The translations under genes and the position numbers were made by a program. A stretch of DNA of 64,000 bases from an uncultured delta proteobacterium (lineage in GTDB: Bacteria > Desulfobacterota > Binatia > UBA9968). The stretch spans positions 128,001 to 192,000 of the forward strand of contig CAVTUQ010000022.1 in the NCBI GenBank assembly GCA_963737905.1, in the 5' to 3' direction. The notes under the pieces are model-generated. The model was not told where the DNA came from, made no database searches, and saw only the letters and a list, made by a program, of their open reading frames with translations. Below are positions 38,551 through 49,923 of the stretch, one piece after another (position 1 is the stretch's first letter; every line of letters begins with the position of its first letter).

Positions 38551-39290
38551 TTCTAAAAGATCAAATTGGCATAGTCACAGGCGGAAGCCGGGGCATCGGG
38601 CGGGCGGTTGTTTTGGCGCTCGGGCGCCTGGGGGCTCACGTGATCATCAACTATCGAGGCAATCAAACGGCAGCCCAGGGGACCTTACAGGAACTGGTCA
38701 ACCAGGGTGGGCATGGCGAGATCAGTCAGTTTGATGTTTCAAATGAAAATCAGATAGCAGAGGCGATCAAGAAAATCGTTGACCATCATAAAAAAATTGA
38801 TATTCTGGTCAACAATGCCGGTGTAACCTCTGACAATCTCTTGATTCGGATGAGGTCAGAGGATTGGGAGCAGGTTGTCGGAACCAACCTCAAGGGCACG
38901 CTCTTTTGCACGAAGTGTGCGTGCCGGATCATGATCCGCCAGCGGTCTGGGAGGATCATCAATCTGTCCTCGGTGGTAGGGCAGATGGGTAATGCCGGCC
39001 AGTCACTGTATGCCTCCACCAAAGCAGGCATTATTGGATTCACCAAAGCTATGGCAAGGGAAGTCGCTTCAAGGGGCATTACCGTAAACGCGGTGGCCCC
39101 AGGTTTCATTGAAACCGAAATGACCGCACAACTATCCGCCAAAATGCAAGAGGAATTTCTAGGTTCTATACCCCTGGGCCGTTTTGGCACTTGCGACGAA
39201 GTCGCGGAGTTGGTCGCTTTTCTTGCTGGGCCTGGGGCTGGATATATTACCGGACAAGTGCTTAGTGTTAATGGCGGGCTTTACATGTGA
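38547..39290 (+). CDS. fabG: 3-oxoacyl-ACP reductase
   Basis: TGGSRGIG, NNAG, YASTK, VAPGFI, NGG. Confidence 0.95.
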   Translation: MILKDQIGIVTGGSRGIGRAVVLALGRLGAHVIINYRGNQTAAQGTLQELVNQGGHGEISQFDVSNENQIAEAIKKIVDHHKKIDILVNNAGVTSDNLLIRMRSEDWEQVVGTNLKGTLFCTKCACRIMIRQRSGRIINLSSVVGQMGNAGQSLYASTKAGIIGFTKAMAREVASRGITVNAVAPGFIETEMTAQLSAKMQEEFLGSIPLGRFGTCDEVAELVAFLAGPGAGYITGQVLSVNGGLYM

Positions 39291-39319
39291 GGAAAACGTA
39301 GGCAGGAGGTGAGATAAAG

Positions 39320-39556
39320 ATGGCAGCATCTGTTCAGACCAGGGTGAAGGAAATTGTCTGTGAGCAGCTTGGGGTGAGTGAGGAGGAAGTAACTCCTGAA
39401 GCGTCATTTATAGAAGACCTGGGAGCGGATTCCCTGGATATCGTGGAGTTGGTGATGGCGCTGGAGGAGGAATACGAAATGGAGATCTCCGACGAGGACG
39501 CGGAAAAAATCAAGACTGTCCAGGATGTAATCACCTACATCGAGAGCCACCGCTAA
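39320..39556 (+). CDS. acpP: Acyl carrier protein
   Basis: [14 protein letters not shown]. Confidence 0.97.
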   Translation: MAASVQTRVKEIVCEQLGVSEEEVTPEASFIEDLGADSLDIVELVMALEEEYEMEISDEDAEKIKTVQDVITYIESHR

Positions 39557-39630
39557 TTTCTCCAAGTTGCAGCGAGGAATTAAAATGGCGCGGTGATGGC
39601 GTAAAGCAGTCGCCGCAAATCGAACTGGAG

Positions 39631-39677
39631 ATCGCAGGGGGCGTGGTGTTGAACCAATCCCACTCCTGCGATTTTTT
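39631..39677 (+). terminator. Intrinsic terminator after acpP
   Basis: atcgcagg...cctgcgat stem followed by T-run. Confidence 0.65.
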
Positions 39678-39732
39678 CTATTTACAAGTCAACTGAGTAA
39701 CTCAAGGCGACTCTAATGGAGAGCGCTTTCGA

Positions 39733-40209
39733 ATGATGATCGCGATTGGCAGTGACCATGGTGGAGTAGAACTCAAGGACTACTTGATCGATTTGCTACG
39801 CTCCCGAGGTGTGGACGTGACGGATTTCGGAACCCGAGGGAGCGAATCCGTCGATTACCCGGATTTTAGCCGCGAGGTCTCTCTCCGCGTTGCTCAAGCC
39901 GAAAGCGCGCGGGGAATCCTGATCTGCACGAGCGGCATCGGCATGTCCATTGCCGCCAATAAGTTTCCCGGGGTTCGCGCCGCGTTGGTGGTCGATGTCG
40001 ATGGCGCGAAAACGAGCCGCGAACACAATAATGCTAATATCCTCGTTCTAAGCGGGGCGAAGACGGACAAATCAATAGCCCGAGAGATAGTGGAAACGTG
40101 GCTCGAAACCCCCTTCGGCGGCGGGAGGCATCAGCGTCGTATTGAAAAGATCACCCAGATTGAACGGGATCTGGGTATCCGCATCCCTAACGATCAGACC
40201 AAAAAATAA
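39733..40209 (+). CDS. rpiB: Ribose-5-phosphate isomerase B
   Basis: GSDHGG, VDYPD, CTSGIG, ANK, HNNAN, GGRHQRR. Confidence 0.95.
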   Translation: MMIAIGSDHGGVELKDYLIDLLRSRGVDVTDFGTRGSESVDYPDFSREVSLRVAQAESARGILICTSGIGMSIAANKFPGVRAALVVDVDGAKTSREHNNANILVLSGAKTDKSIAREIVETWLETPFGGGRHQRRIEKITQIERDLGIRIPNDQTKK

Positions 40210-40224
40210 TTACGTGAAGGAAGC

Positions 40225-41484
40225 ATGACCATGTCGTTTCTGGAACAAACCGATGCCGACGTTTTTTCGGCTATTCAAAAGGAAACCGAAAGGCTCGAGC
40301 AAACCCTCGAGCTGATTGCTTCAGAAAACGTTGTCAGCGAAGCTGTGTTGGAAGCCCAGGGCTGTGTGATGACTAACAAATATGCCGAAGGTTATCCGGG
40401 AAAACGGTATTACGGCGGCTGTCAGTTCGTCGACGAAGTCGAATCGTTGGCGATTGGGCGCGCCAAAAAGCTCTTCGGCGCCGATCATGCTAATGTTCAA
40501 CCTCATTCTGGAACGCAGGCAAACATGACCGTTTATCTCGCCGCGCTTAAACCTGGGGATAGTTATCTGGGCATGAACCTGGCCCATGGCGGTCATCTAT
40601 CCATGGGTAGCCCGGTCAATTTCTCCGGGATGCTTTATCGCGTCATCCCCTACGGTGTTTCCGAGGAGACCGAGACGATCGACTATGATGAACTCGAGCG
40701 GTTGGCAAAGGAGCACAGACCGAAGTTGATTGTGGCGGGCGCCAGCGCTTATCCGCGGATAATCGACTACGCGAGATTTCGGAAAATCGCGGACGATATC
40801 GGAGCCTGGCTCATGGTGGATATGGCTCATATCGCGGGTTTGGTGGCAACTGGCTTGCACCCGAGCCCGGTGCCCTACGCGGACTTCGTTACCACAACAA
40901 CCCACAAGACGCTGAGAGGTCCTCGAGGCGGCCTGGTCCTGTGCCGAGCAGAGCATGCCAAGACGATCGACAGCAAGGTCTTTCCGGGCATGCAGGGCGG
41001 ACCGCTCATGCACGTCATCGCGGCGAAAGCCGTGGCTTTAAAAGAAGCGCTCGGCCCTGAGTTCAAAAGTTACCAGCGGCAGATCGTAACGAATGCCCGG
41101 GTGCTGGCGCAAGCTCTGATGTTCCAGGGTTTCCGCTTGACCTCCGGGGGGACAGACAATCACTTGATGCTCCTTGATCTGCGGAAATCGGAATTGACCG
41201 GGAAGGTCGCACAGGAAGCGCTCGATAAGGCGCGCATCACGGTCAACAAAAATGCGGTTCCCTTTGACACCCGCTCGCCGTTTGTAACCAGCGGCATTCG
41301 CATCGGAACTCCGGCGGTGACGACGCGGGGTATGAAGGAGAAAGAGATGGAGCAAATCGGCGATTTCATCGTCCGTGCTCTCCATCACGTCGCTGATGAC
41401 CACGCGCTTCAAATCATTGCCGGTGAAGTCGGAGAGCTTTGTCGAAAATTCCCCGTCTATCCGCAACGGCTTTCGCGGCGGTAA
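40225..41484 (+). CDS. glyA: Serine hydroxymethyltransferase
   Basis: [34 protein letters not shown]. Confidence 0.97.
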   Translation: MTMSFLEQTDADVFSAIQKETERLEQTLELIASENVVSEAVLEAQGCVMTNKYAEGYPGKRYYGGCQFVDEVESLAIGRAKKLFGADHANVQPHSGTQANMTVYLAALKPGDSYLGMNLAHGGHLSMGSPVNFSGMLYRVIPYGVSEETETIDYDELERLAKEHRPKLIVAGASAYPRIIDYARFRKIADDIGAWLMVDMAHIAGLVATGLHPSPVPYADFVTTTTHKTLRGPRGGLVLCRAEHAKTIDSKVFPGMQGGPLMHVIAAKAVALKEALGPEFKSYQRQIVTNARVLAQALMFQGFRLTSGGTDNHLMLLDLRKSELTGKVAQEALDKARITVNKNAVPFDTRSPFVTSGIRIGTPAVTTRGMKEKEMEQIGDFIVRALHHVADDHALQIIAGEVGELCRKFPVYPQRLSRR

Positions 41485-41595
41485 GGTGGCCCGGGTTCGT
41501 GGCTGGATTCCATCGAAGATTGGAATGGTCATGAGCGCCCACGGCTTGTTTCTAATTCCCCGGCCCATGATGAATTCACAGGTTGGGTGTCCTGC

Positions 41596-42093
41596 ATGAA
41601 ATGTCCCTTTTGTCATGAGACGGACAACCGCGTTATCGATTCCCGCTTGAGCAAAGACAGCAACATGATCAGGCGCCGACGGGAGTGCTCTCATTGCAGC
41701 CGTCGGTTTACCACCTATGAGCGGGTGGAGGAAATGATGCCGCTGGTGGTTAAGAAAGACGGTCGGCGAGAAAGCTACGACCGGATCAAAATCGTCAACG
41801 GGTTGAAGCGGGCGTGCGAAAAACGTCCCGTCAGTATCAACACGATAGAAGCGATTGCTGACCGCATCGAACGAAATCTTCAAGAGCGGGGAGAAAAAGA
41901 AATTCCTAGTTCCGTAATCGGCGAAACTCTCATGCGGGAGCTTCATGACACGGATCAAGTCGCTTACGTCCGTTTTGCCTCGGTTTACCGCTCCTTCAAA
42001 GACATCAATGAATTCATGGTTGAGTTGGAAGAACTCATCAAAGAGCGAAAAAGCGTGCCGGCGTCAAACTCAAGCCGGCCAAGGAGGGAATAG
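41596..42093 (+). CDS. nrdR: Transcriptional repressor NrdR
   Basis: [31 protein letters not shown]. Confidence 0.97.
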   Translation: MKCPFCHETDNRVIDSRLSKDSNMIRRRRECSHCSRRFTTYERVEEMMPLVVKKDGRRESYDRIKIVNGLKRACEKRPVSINTIEAIADRIERNLQERGEKEIPSSVIGETLMRELHDTDQVAYVRFASVYRSFKDINEFMVELEELIKERKSVPASNSSRPRRE

Positions 42094-42098
42094 CGCAT

Positions 42099-43226
42099 TT
42101 GTCCGACCGGTCCTGGACGGATTTGGATAGACGTTACCTACGCAAGGCTTGTCGTCTCGCCCTTAAAGCGGCGGGCAGGACCAGTCCGAATCCAATGGTC
42201 GGCGCCGTGCTGGTGCGAGACGGGAAAGTCATTGCCACAGGTTTTCACAGAATCGCCGGCGCAGACCACGCGGAGATCGTTGCGCTCAAACGCGCGGGCG
42301 CGAAAGCCAAAGGAGCCACTCTCTACATCAACCTGGAGCCTTGCAGCCACTACGGCCGTACTCCACCCTGTTCACAGTCACTGATCCAAGCAGGAATTAA
42401 AGAAGTCGTAGCCGGTATGAAGGACCCAAATCCCCTGGTCGGGGGCAGGGGTCTTCGAGAGCTCAAGCGGGCGGGCATCCAAGTCCGGGTCGGGCTCTTG
42501 GAGCAAGAGTGTCGGACGCTCAACGAGGCGTTTACAAAATATATTACGCGGGGGCTCCCGTTTGTTATCCTGAAGCTAGCGGCCTCACTGGACGGAAAAA
42601 TCGCGGCCGTGACCGGCGACGCCCGCTGGATTAGCAGCGAGGATTCCCGTCACATGGTCCATGAACTACGGAATCAGGTGGACGCTATCGTTACAGGAGT
42701 GGGAACGGTGATAACCGATGATCCACAATTGACCTGTAGAATTCCCAATGGTCGAAACCCCTGGCGAGTAATTTTGGATTCCCGTCTTCGTATCTCGCTT
42801 TCCGCCAAGCTTTTGCGTCAGCCCGATCCTGAAAGGAGCATTATTGTCACCAGCGAACGGTCGTCCCACCAAAAAGCCCATGCCATCGAATCTTTGGGAG
42901 CCCGGGTTTGGCGAGTAAAACTGCGACATGGAAGAATTCTTTGGAGGGCGATCTTGCGGAAACTTGCGGCCAAGGGCGTGCTGAGCGTGATGATCGAGGG
43001 CGGGGCGACGACCGCGGCGTGGGCGTTGCAAGAAAAGGCGGTGGACAAAGTCTTGTGTTTCTACGCCCCGATTATTCTAGGCGGCGACGGCCGGGTCATG
43101 ATTGATGCTCTGGGAGTCAAACGTGTCAAGCAGGCCATTCGAGTCCGGGGAATGCGAGTGCAAAAGTCGGGGACCGATACCCTTGTTTCCGCCTATCTCT
43201 GCAATGGCTCTCCTTCCCGGCGTTAA
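42099..43226 (+). CDS. ribD: Riboflavin biosynthesis deaminase/reductase
   Basis: PNPMVG, HAE, LEPCSHYGRTPPC, SLDG, DDPQL, IEGG. Confidence 0.95.
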   Translation: MSDRSWTDLDRRYLRKACRLALKAAGRTSPNPMVGAVLVRDGKVIATGFHRIAGADHAEIVALKRAGAKAKGATLYINLEPCSHYGRTPPCSQSLIQAGIKEVVAGMKDPNPLVGGRGLRELKRAGIQVRVGLLEQECRTLNEAFTKYITRGLPFVILKLAASLDGKIAAVTGDARWISSEDSRHMVHELRNQVDAIVTGVGTVITDDPQLTCRIPNGRNPWRVILDSRLRISLSAKLLRQPDPERSIIVTSERSSHQKAHAIESLGARVWRVKLRHGRILWRAILRKLAAKGVLSVMIEGGATTAAWALQEKAVDKVLCFYAPIILGGDGRVMIDALGVKRVKQAIRVRGMRVQKSGTDTLVSAYLCNGSPSRR

Positions 43227-43258
43227 AGCGCGCGCGATCAAAGATAAATTCTAAGCCT

Positions 43259-43852
43259 ATGTTTACGGGTTTAATAGAAGACGTGGGGAGAATTGCCTCG
43301 CTACGGTTGGATAAAAAGTCGGCGGTTTTAACCGTCGAGACCAGCCTTCCCGTAGGGCCGATGGAACTGGGCGCCAGCATCGCTGTCAATGGAGCTTGTT
43401 TGACGGTAGTTAAAAAAGGCAAGCGCAGATTTACAGTGGATGTCTCGCCTGAAACATTAAATCGCACTAGCCTGGCGATACTCGCAACCGGCAGCTGGGT
43501 CAATCTCGAACGGCCATTGCGGCTCCAAGACCGGATGGGAGGCCATTTGGTTACGGGGCACATCGATGGAGTTGCGGTTGTCGAGTCGATAGCAACACGA
43601 GGCGAGTTTACCTTTTTCACGTTTCGTGTTCCGGCAGGGTTGGGAGCTCTCCTGGTATCCAAGGGGTCGGTGGCCGTGGACGGCATTAGCCTGACCATAA
43701 ATGAATGTAGCCGTCGACGCTTCGCAACCGCGATTATCCCGTTTACCTTGGAGCACACTAATTTGCGCGCCCGTAGGGTTGGTGATAAAGTCAACATCGA
43801 AACTGATCTGATCGGAAAATACGTGCAAAAGTTTGTCAAGGCGCTGAATTAG
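43259..43852 (+). CDS. ribE: Riboflavin synthase alpha chain
   Basis: MFTGLIE, NGACLT, NLER, GGHLVTGH, DGISLT. Confidence 0.96.
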   Translation: MFTGLIEDVGRIASLRLDKKSAVLTVETSLPVGPMELGASIAVNGACLTVVKKGKRRFTVDVSPETLNRTSLAILATGSWVNLERPLRLQDRMGGHLVTGHIDGVAVVESIATRGEFTFFTFRVPAGLGALLVSKGSVAVDGISLTINECSRRRFATAIIPFTLEHTNLRARRVGDKVNIETDLIGKYVQKFVKALN

Positions 43853-43891
43853 GCTCAACTTTCAGCCATCTAACACCCCTGATTCTAGGTT

Positions 43892-45118
43892 ATGTCGCTG
43901 GCAACCATTGAGGAAGGTATTAAGGAACTCCGCGAAGGTCGGATGGTCATCCTCGTAAACGAGGAAAGGTCCGACAGCGACGGTTTCTTTTGTATCCCCG
44001 CGGAAAAGGTGACGACCGAGATTATTAATCACATGCTGCGCGACGGTCGGGGAATTATCTACGTGACATTGACCGATGAAAGGATTCGGGAGTTGGGCAT
44101 TCCGCTGGTTGCGGAGGAGAACAGCAGTTTGTCTGGGCTCCTGTGTGGCGCATCTTTTTCCGTAAGATTGGAAGGTGTGCATGGCGTGTCGGCTCAGGGT
44201 CGAGCCCACACGATTCAAGCCGCCATCGCCGATCAAACCAAGCATGAAGACCTGGTGATTCCCGGCCATGTGCAGCCCCTCCAGGCGCGCAGTGGTGGGG
44301 TGCTGGCGCGTTCCGGCCGGACGGATGCTTCGGTGGATTTGGCCCGATTAGCGGGGTTCAAACCTGCCGGCGTGATCTGTCAAATCCTGGAAGAGAACGG
44401 TTCCCTTGCTTTACTTCCGTATCTGGAGCGTTTGGCCGAACGGCAAGGAGTCAAGATCGTTTCGGTTACCGGATTGATCGCCTATCGATTGCGGAACGAG
44501 AGCATGGTTAAACGCGTTGCCGAGGAAGTTTTTCCCACTATCCATGGCGGCGTGTATAAAGCCATTGTTTATCGCAACGAGGTTGACGGTTCTGAGCATA
44601 TGGCCCTCGTCAAAGGGGATATTGGGGATGCGACGGGTGTGTTGGTGCGTTTACATTCGGAGTGTCTTACGGGCGATGTCTTTGGTTCGGAGCGTTGCGA
44701 TTGCGGCGATCAGATACGGCAGTCGCTGAAACTAATCGACCAGCAAGGTAAAGGCGTGTTGGTTTATATGCATCAGGAAGGCAGAGGCATCGGTCTTACC
44801 AACAAGATCAAGGCCTATGCCTTGCAAGACAAAGGTTTGGATACGGTTGAAGCTAATCTTGAATTGGGCTTCAAAGAGGATCTCCGGGACTACGGCATTG
44901 GCGCCCAGATGTTGCGCGATCTCGGCGTTCAAAGCATCCGTTTGTTGACCAACAATCCGCGCAAAATCCTCGGCCTCGAAGGGTACGGACTTAAAGTGGA
45001 AGAACGGGTGCCACTGGAGATTCCGCCCCGCGAAACCAATATTCACTATCTTCGCACGAAACAGAGTAAGCTCGGGCATATTTTTTCCAACCTCGAATCC
45101 AAGCCCGCCAAACAGTAA
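43892..45118 (+). CDS. ribBA: RibBA-type protein: intact GTP cyclohydrolase II, degenerate DHBP-synthase domain
   Basis: [36 protein letters not shown]; N-domain lacks the DDEDRENEGD and GHTE motifs. Confidence 0.88.
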   Translation: MSLATIEEGIKELREGRMVILVNEERSDSDGFFCIPAEKVTTEIINHMLRDGRGIIYVTLTDERIRELGIPLVAEENSSLSGLLCGASFSVRLEGVHGVSAQGRAHTIQAAIADQTKHEDLVIPGHVQPLQARSGGVLARSGRTDASVDLARLAGFKPAGVICQILEENGSLALLPYLERLAERQGVKIVSVTGLIAYRLRNESMVKRVAEEVFPTIHGGVYKAIVYRNEVDGSEHMALVKGDIGDATGVLVRLHSECLTGDVFGSERCDCGDQIRQSLKLIDQQGKGVLVYMHQEGRGIGLTNKIKAYALQDKGLDTVEANLELGFKEDLRDYGIGAQMLRDLGVQSIRLLTNNPRKILGLEGYGLKVEERVPLEIPPRETNIHYLRTKQSKLGHIFSNLESKPAKQ

Positions 45119-45141
45119 CTGCCTGCAGTCGCGTAGGGCTC

Positions 45142-45612
45142 ATGACGAAGATTATTGAAGGCAAGCTTGATGCACGGGGAATCAAGATCGGTATTATCGT
45201 AAGCCGGTTCAATAATTTCATAACGGAAAAGTTACTGGACGGAGCGTTGGATGGATTGAAGAGCCATGGCGGCGAAGAGGACGATGTTACTGTTGTTCGT
45301 GTTCCCGGCGCATTCGAAATACCTTTGCTGGCCGAGCGAATGGCGGGCAGTGGAAAATACGATGCGCTGGTTTGTTTAGGCGCGGTGATTCGGGGGGATA
45401 CGCCGCATTTCGAATATGTATCGGACGCGGTGACCCGCGGACTCGGGGAGGCCATGTCAAAGTACCGGATTCCCATCGGCTTTGGGGTTTTGACGACGAA
45501 TAACGTCGAGCAAGCCATGGAACGCTCCGGCTCCAAGGACGCCAATAAGGGATACGAGGCGGCCCTGACAGCCATCGAGATGATCAATGTCCTTCGCCAG
45601 CTCACAGAATAA
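45142..45612 (+). CDS. ribH: Lumazine synthase
   Basis: [26 protein letters not shown]. Confidence 0.96.
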   Translation: MTKIIEGKLDARGIKIGIIVSRFNNFITEKLLDGALDGLKSHGGEEDDVTVVRVPGAFEIPLLAERMAGSGKYDALVCLGAVIRGDTPHFEYVSDAVTRGLGEAMSKYRIPIGFGVLTTNNVEQAMERSGSKDANKGYEAALTAIEMINVLRQLTE

Positions 45613-45669
45613 ACAACCAGTCCGTATTGGTGGCCCGATCAAGAGTCCAAACAACGACGGTGCTTGATC

Positions 45670-46086
45670 ATGGGAACTAGACGCAAGGGCAGGGAACTGG
45701 CCCTCCAAGCTTTATACCAGATCGAGATAACTGGCGACGCTTCGGCAGCCGCTGTGGATCTCTTTCTTAGTCATTTCGAAGGCAGTGGAGAAGCAAAGGA
45801 ATTTGCGCGCCGTTTGGTATCGGGAGTCGTGAGTCAGCGGGTGGAAATCGATCGACTCATCCAAAAATGCACTGAGCACTGGAAGTTGCTGCGCATGGCG
45901 AAGGTGGATCTTGTGATTCTGCGCATGGCGACCTACGAGCTGGTTTTTTGCCCGGATATCCCGTTGAACGTTAGTTTGGATGAAGCGATCGAGATCGGCA
46001 AACGCTTTGGCACGGACGACTCCCCAACCTTCATCAATGGCGTGTTGGATCAGGTGGCCCACTCAAGCGGCGCAAAATTGCCATAA
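45670..46086 (+). CDS. nusB: Transcription antitermination factor
   Basis: RRKGRELALQALYQ, DEAIEIGK, FINGVLD. Confidence 0.95.
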   Translation: MGTRRKGRELALQALYQIEITGDASAAAVDLFLSHFEGSGEAKEFARRLVSGVVSQRVEIDRLIQKCTEHWKLLRMAKVDLVILRMATYELVFCPDIPLNVSLDEAIEIGKRFGTDDSPTFINGVLDQVAHSSGAKLP

Positions 46087-46095
46087 TCCTCAAAA

Positions 46096-48575
46096 ATGGA
46101 AGCTCGGTATCAGGCGAAGGTCATCGAAGACAAGTGGCAGCGGATTTGGGAGGAGAACAAAACTTTCCAAGTCACAGAGGATTTAAGAAAACCCAAGTAC
46201 TATGTCCTTGAGATGTTTCCCTATCCCTCCGGACGCATCCACATGGGTCACGTGCGCGTGTATGCGATTGGCGACGTGATCGCCCGCTTTAGACGAATGA
46301 GGGGCTACAACGTACTCCACCCTATGGGATGGGATGCCTTTGGGCTTCCCGCGGAGAATGCTGCGATCGAACGTGGGATTCACCCTGCAAAATGGACGAC
46401 GGAAAATATTGTCTACATGCGGGATCAGCTGAAGAAAATGGGAATCTCTTACGACTGGGAGCGTGAAATCGCCACCTGTGACCCGGATTACTATCGTTGG
46501 GAACAACTGGTCTTCATCCGGATGCTCCAGCGCGGGTTGGCATACCGCAAGCGCTCCAGTGTCAATTGGTGCCCCTCGTGCCAGACGGTTCTGGCCAACG
46601 AGCAGGTCGAAGGTGGCCGTTGTTGGCGGTGCGAGTCCGAGGTCAGCAAGCGTGATATCGCCGGCTGGTTCTTCAAAATCACGGATTACGCCGATGAATT
46701 GTTGGATTGGTGCGATCGACTGTCGGGCTGGCCCGAACGCGTCATCACCATGCAGAAGAACTGGATCGGGCGTAGCGAGGGTGCGGAGTTCGACCTACCG
46801 GTTGCCGGGCCGGCCGGATCTGAAGATCCGGGTGTTTACTACACGGCCCGACACCGCATTCGGCATGACTTACGCTGTACTCGCGCCCGAACATCCGCTG
46901 GTGGACCGATTGGTGACCGAGCCGGGTGAGCGGGCGGAGGTGGAACGCTTCCGCGCTCAAGTGCTCAAGCAGTCTGAGCAGGAACGCGTGGCTGAAGACC
47001 GGCCCAAGCATGGCCTCAGGCTCTCTGCCCAGGTGGTCAATCCCTTTAATGGGAGGGAGATACCGCTGTTTATCGCCGACTATGTGCTCATGATCTACGG
47101 CACTGGAGCTATCATGGCGGTACCTGGAGAGGACCAGCGAGACTGGGATTTCGCGAGGACGCACGGGCTCGACATCATCGAGACGGTGAGCCGGCCGGTG
47201 AACTGGACCGGCGAGTCGTACACCGGTGACGGCATCAAAATCAATTCAGGTTTTCTCAATGGACTTACAGTGGCCGACGCCAAACGGCGGGCGATCGACT
47301 GGCTAGTCGACGGGGGGCCTCGGAGAAGCGAGGGTCAACTATCGCCTGCGTGACTGGGGAATAAGCCGCCAGCGCTATTGGGGTGCGCCGATTCCCGTGG
47401 TCTATTGCGACGCTTGTGGCATGGTGCCCGAAAAGGAGGAAAATCTCCCGGTCGTGCTGCCGCAGGATGTCCAAATCAGCGGCAAGGGAGGCTCACCGCT
47501 GTCTGCCCACGCCGCGTTCGTCAGCACCGCCTGTCCGCGTTGCGGCGGTCCCGCGCGGCGCGAGACCGACACGATGGATACTTTTGTAGAGTCATCCTGG
47601 TACTTCCTCCGTTACTGCTCGCCTCACTTTGAGGGAGGCATAGTCGAGCGGGACGCGGCAGCGTACTGGATGCCCGTGGATCAATACATCGGTGGTATCG
47701 AGCATGCGGTGCTTCATCTCCTTTACGCGCGGTTTTACACCAAGGTGCTGCGCGATCTCGGACTGGTCAAGGTGGACGAGCCGTTCAATGCGCTCCTGTC
47801 CCAAGGCATGGTTGTCAAGGACGGCGCCAAGATGTCAAAGTCGAAGGGCAACGTCGTCTCCGACGATGTGATCCGCGACAAATACGGCGCCGACACCGGA
47901 CGATTGTTCGAGCTTTTTGCTGGTCCTCCGGAAAAGGATCTGGAGTGGAGCGATCAAGGTGTGGAAGGGGCCTATAGGTTTCTTACTCGTTTGTGGCGTT
48001 TCACTTTCCAGCATCGCGAGGCTCTAATCGCAGTGAGGTCGGATGTTTCGCAAAGCGGCCTTCCTGGTGATCTGAGGGATCTTTTTCGGTTGATTCATAG
48101 GACCATTAAGAAGGTCACTGAAGATATCGAGTCGAGATTTCACTTCAACACGGCGATTGCAGCGATTATGGAACTCTTCAACGCTCTCAGTGCCAGCGTG
48201 CAAGATGAATCGAAGCTCGAAGCAGGGACGCCGGTCATCAAAGCAGGGTTGGAAACGATTATCACCATGCTTTACCCTTTTGTGCCTCACATCGCGAGCG
48301 AGTTGTGGGAGTCTCTAGATCATCGAGACCGTCTGGATGCCGTTACTTGGCCGCAATACTCGGAACAGGCCCTCGAAGAAGAACAGCTGTTGATCGTTGT
48401 CCAAGTCAACGGCAAAGTACGAGGGAAAATTACCGTTTCTTCCGACCTGGACCAAGGCCGGATTGAGTCGGAGGCTTTGCAGGATCAGAAAGTGAGAACT
48501 TTTCTCGATGGTAAAAAGGTGCAAAAGGTTATTCACGTCCCGCGTCGGCTTGTCAATATCGTAGTGGAGGGCTAA
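46096..48575 (+). CDS. leuS: Leucine--tRNA ligase (indels at ~46810 and ~47315)
   Basis: FPYPSG, HMGH, QKNWIG, FTTRPDT, YGTGAIM, RLRDW, GGIEHA, KMSKS spread over three frames. Confidence 0.93.
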
Positions 48576-48579
48576 GAGG

Positions 48580-49188
48580 GTGGGCAAGAACTGGGTATTC
48601 CAATCTTTTATCTGGCTGTGCGCTTATCTCGCGTTTTCATGTCTGCTCGGTTGTGGTTATCAGTTCGCGGGACGGAGCGATCAGTTTCCCAAGGACATTC
48701 ACTCCGTATACGTGGAACCGTTTCTTAATCGAACTCGGGACGTTGGCCTGGGGCCCGAGATAACCACAGCGCTACGGGGCGAGTTGTATCGCAGAGGCGA
48801 GCTGCAAGTCGTGGATCAGGCGGATCGGGCGGATGCGATCTTGAGTGGAGTTGTGCGATCTTTCGATAGCCTAACAGCGTCGGTAAACCAAGATGCCGAG
48901 GTCCTCCAGTTTGAAGCCACATTGATTGTCGACACAACGTTTCGCCGCCGGGAGCCGAGTGAAATACTGTGGCGCGGCCAGGATATTCGGTTAACTGAGA
49001 TCTATGCCGGTCAGCGAGCCGCGGATGTCACTACATCATCACAGTTTCAAAACCAAACGTTGAATACCTCGGACGTGCGTAGGTTGACGGATATCCAGCT
49101 GACGGAAACAGAAAGTCGCCGGATGCGAGAGAATTTGATGGAGCGTTTCGCCCGGGAACTCCACCAGAGATTAATGGAAATGTTTTGA
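48580..49188 (+). CDS. lptE: LPS assembly lipoprotein LptE family
   Basis: Lipobox LLGCGY, VYVEPFLNRT, ADAILSG; follows leuS. Confidence 0.8.
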   Translation: MGKNWVFQSFIWLCAYLAFSCLLGCGYQFAGRSDQFPKDIHSVYVEPFLNRTRDVGLGPEITTALRGELYRRGELQVVDQADRADAILSGVVRSFDSLTASVNQDAEVLQFEATLIVDTTFRRREPSEILWRGQDIRLTEIYAGQRAADVTTSSQFQNQTLNTSDVRRLTDIQLTETESRRMRENLMERFARELHQRLMEMF

Positions 49189-49245
49189 GGGGCAATGTGA
49201 TGCCCTGATAAGAACCACGGGGGGCTGCGCCCGGAAATCAGAATG

Positions 49246-49518
49246 TCATAAGGCCGTCGCAGTGGGGCCCGCTGACCGGGAGAGTCGCGATAGCCACCGA
49301 GAGGCTGTGTTACGCGTGATCGTTCCTTTGCCGACGGCTTTGCCTAAGGCACGGTTGACCGCTCTGATCTGAACGGAAACGGTATCCGGATTGCTCGACT
49401 CGATTGCCTGCCGCGCCTTTTTGATCAAGGTCCTCAGCTTGGTTTTCGATTCCATGTTTCTTGCCCGTCTTTTTTCGCTCTGGCGATGCCGCTTTATGAC
49501 TGATGGATGGATAGCCAA
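49246..49518 (-). CDS. rpsT: 30S ribosomal protein S20
   Basis: TTG start after GAGGAGG; HPSVIKRHRQSEKRRARN, KG..RNTASR..SRL. Confidence 0.9.
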   Translation of the reverse strand: MAIHPSVIKRHRQSEKRRARNMESKTKLRTLIKKARQAIESSNPDTVSVQIRAVNRALGKAVGKGTITRNTASRWLSRLSRSAGPTATAL

Positions 49519-49629
49519 ATAATTCCTCCTCAAATGAATGCAGCTTTTCTAACATCTACCTTCCAAGGAGTCAATGTGGAAAAGCGAGATGGATACTCGG
49601 CGACTGCCCGTTCAGTGTTGGTGGGTTGA

Positions 49630-49658
49630 TTCCCCGCGCAGCTTGCTGCAGGGGTATT
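49630..49658. repeat. Short palindromic element
   Basis: ttccccgcgcagcttgctgcaggggtatt imperfect hairpin. Confidence 0.45.
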
Positions 49659-49923
49659 GATTCGAAGACACTTTCTGACTCCTTTTGCATGTCGAATGTG
49701 GCATCTTGCGGTGTTTTGGGTGAAAGCTCCTTTCCCAGGTCTGAGTAGAATATATATCCGTCTAAGTGATCAAAATTGCCATTAACTCCACGTTTTGAAT
49801 AAAGTTGATAAGTTGGCTGATTTAAAGGGAATTTATTGGCGTGAAATTGGGCATTTCGCTAAACTGCGCTATTTTTAGCCTTCTGCTTGACCCCTTGAAT
49901 TACTTATCAACAAGTTACTAACA

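Noticed and set aside
46096-48575. Split leuS as pseudogene, heterodimeric LeuRS or programmed frameshift
   Set aside because: Breaks lie in short G/C runs, and similar single-base indels occur in acnA, the FAD subunit, both ubiD genes, the binding protein and sirB1. This fits sequencing error in an essential gene.
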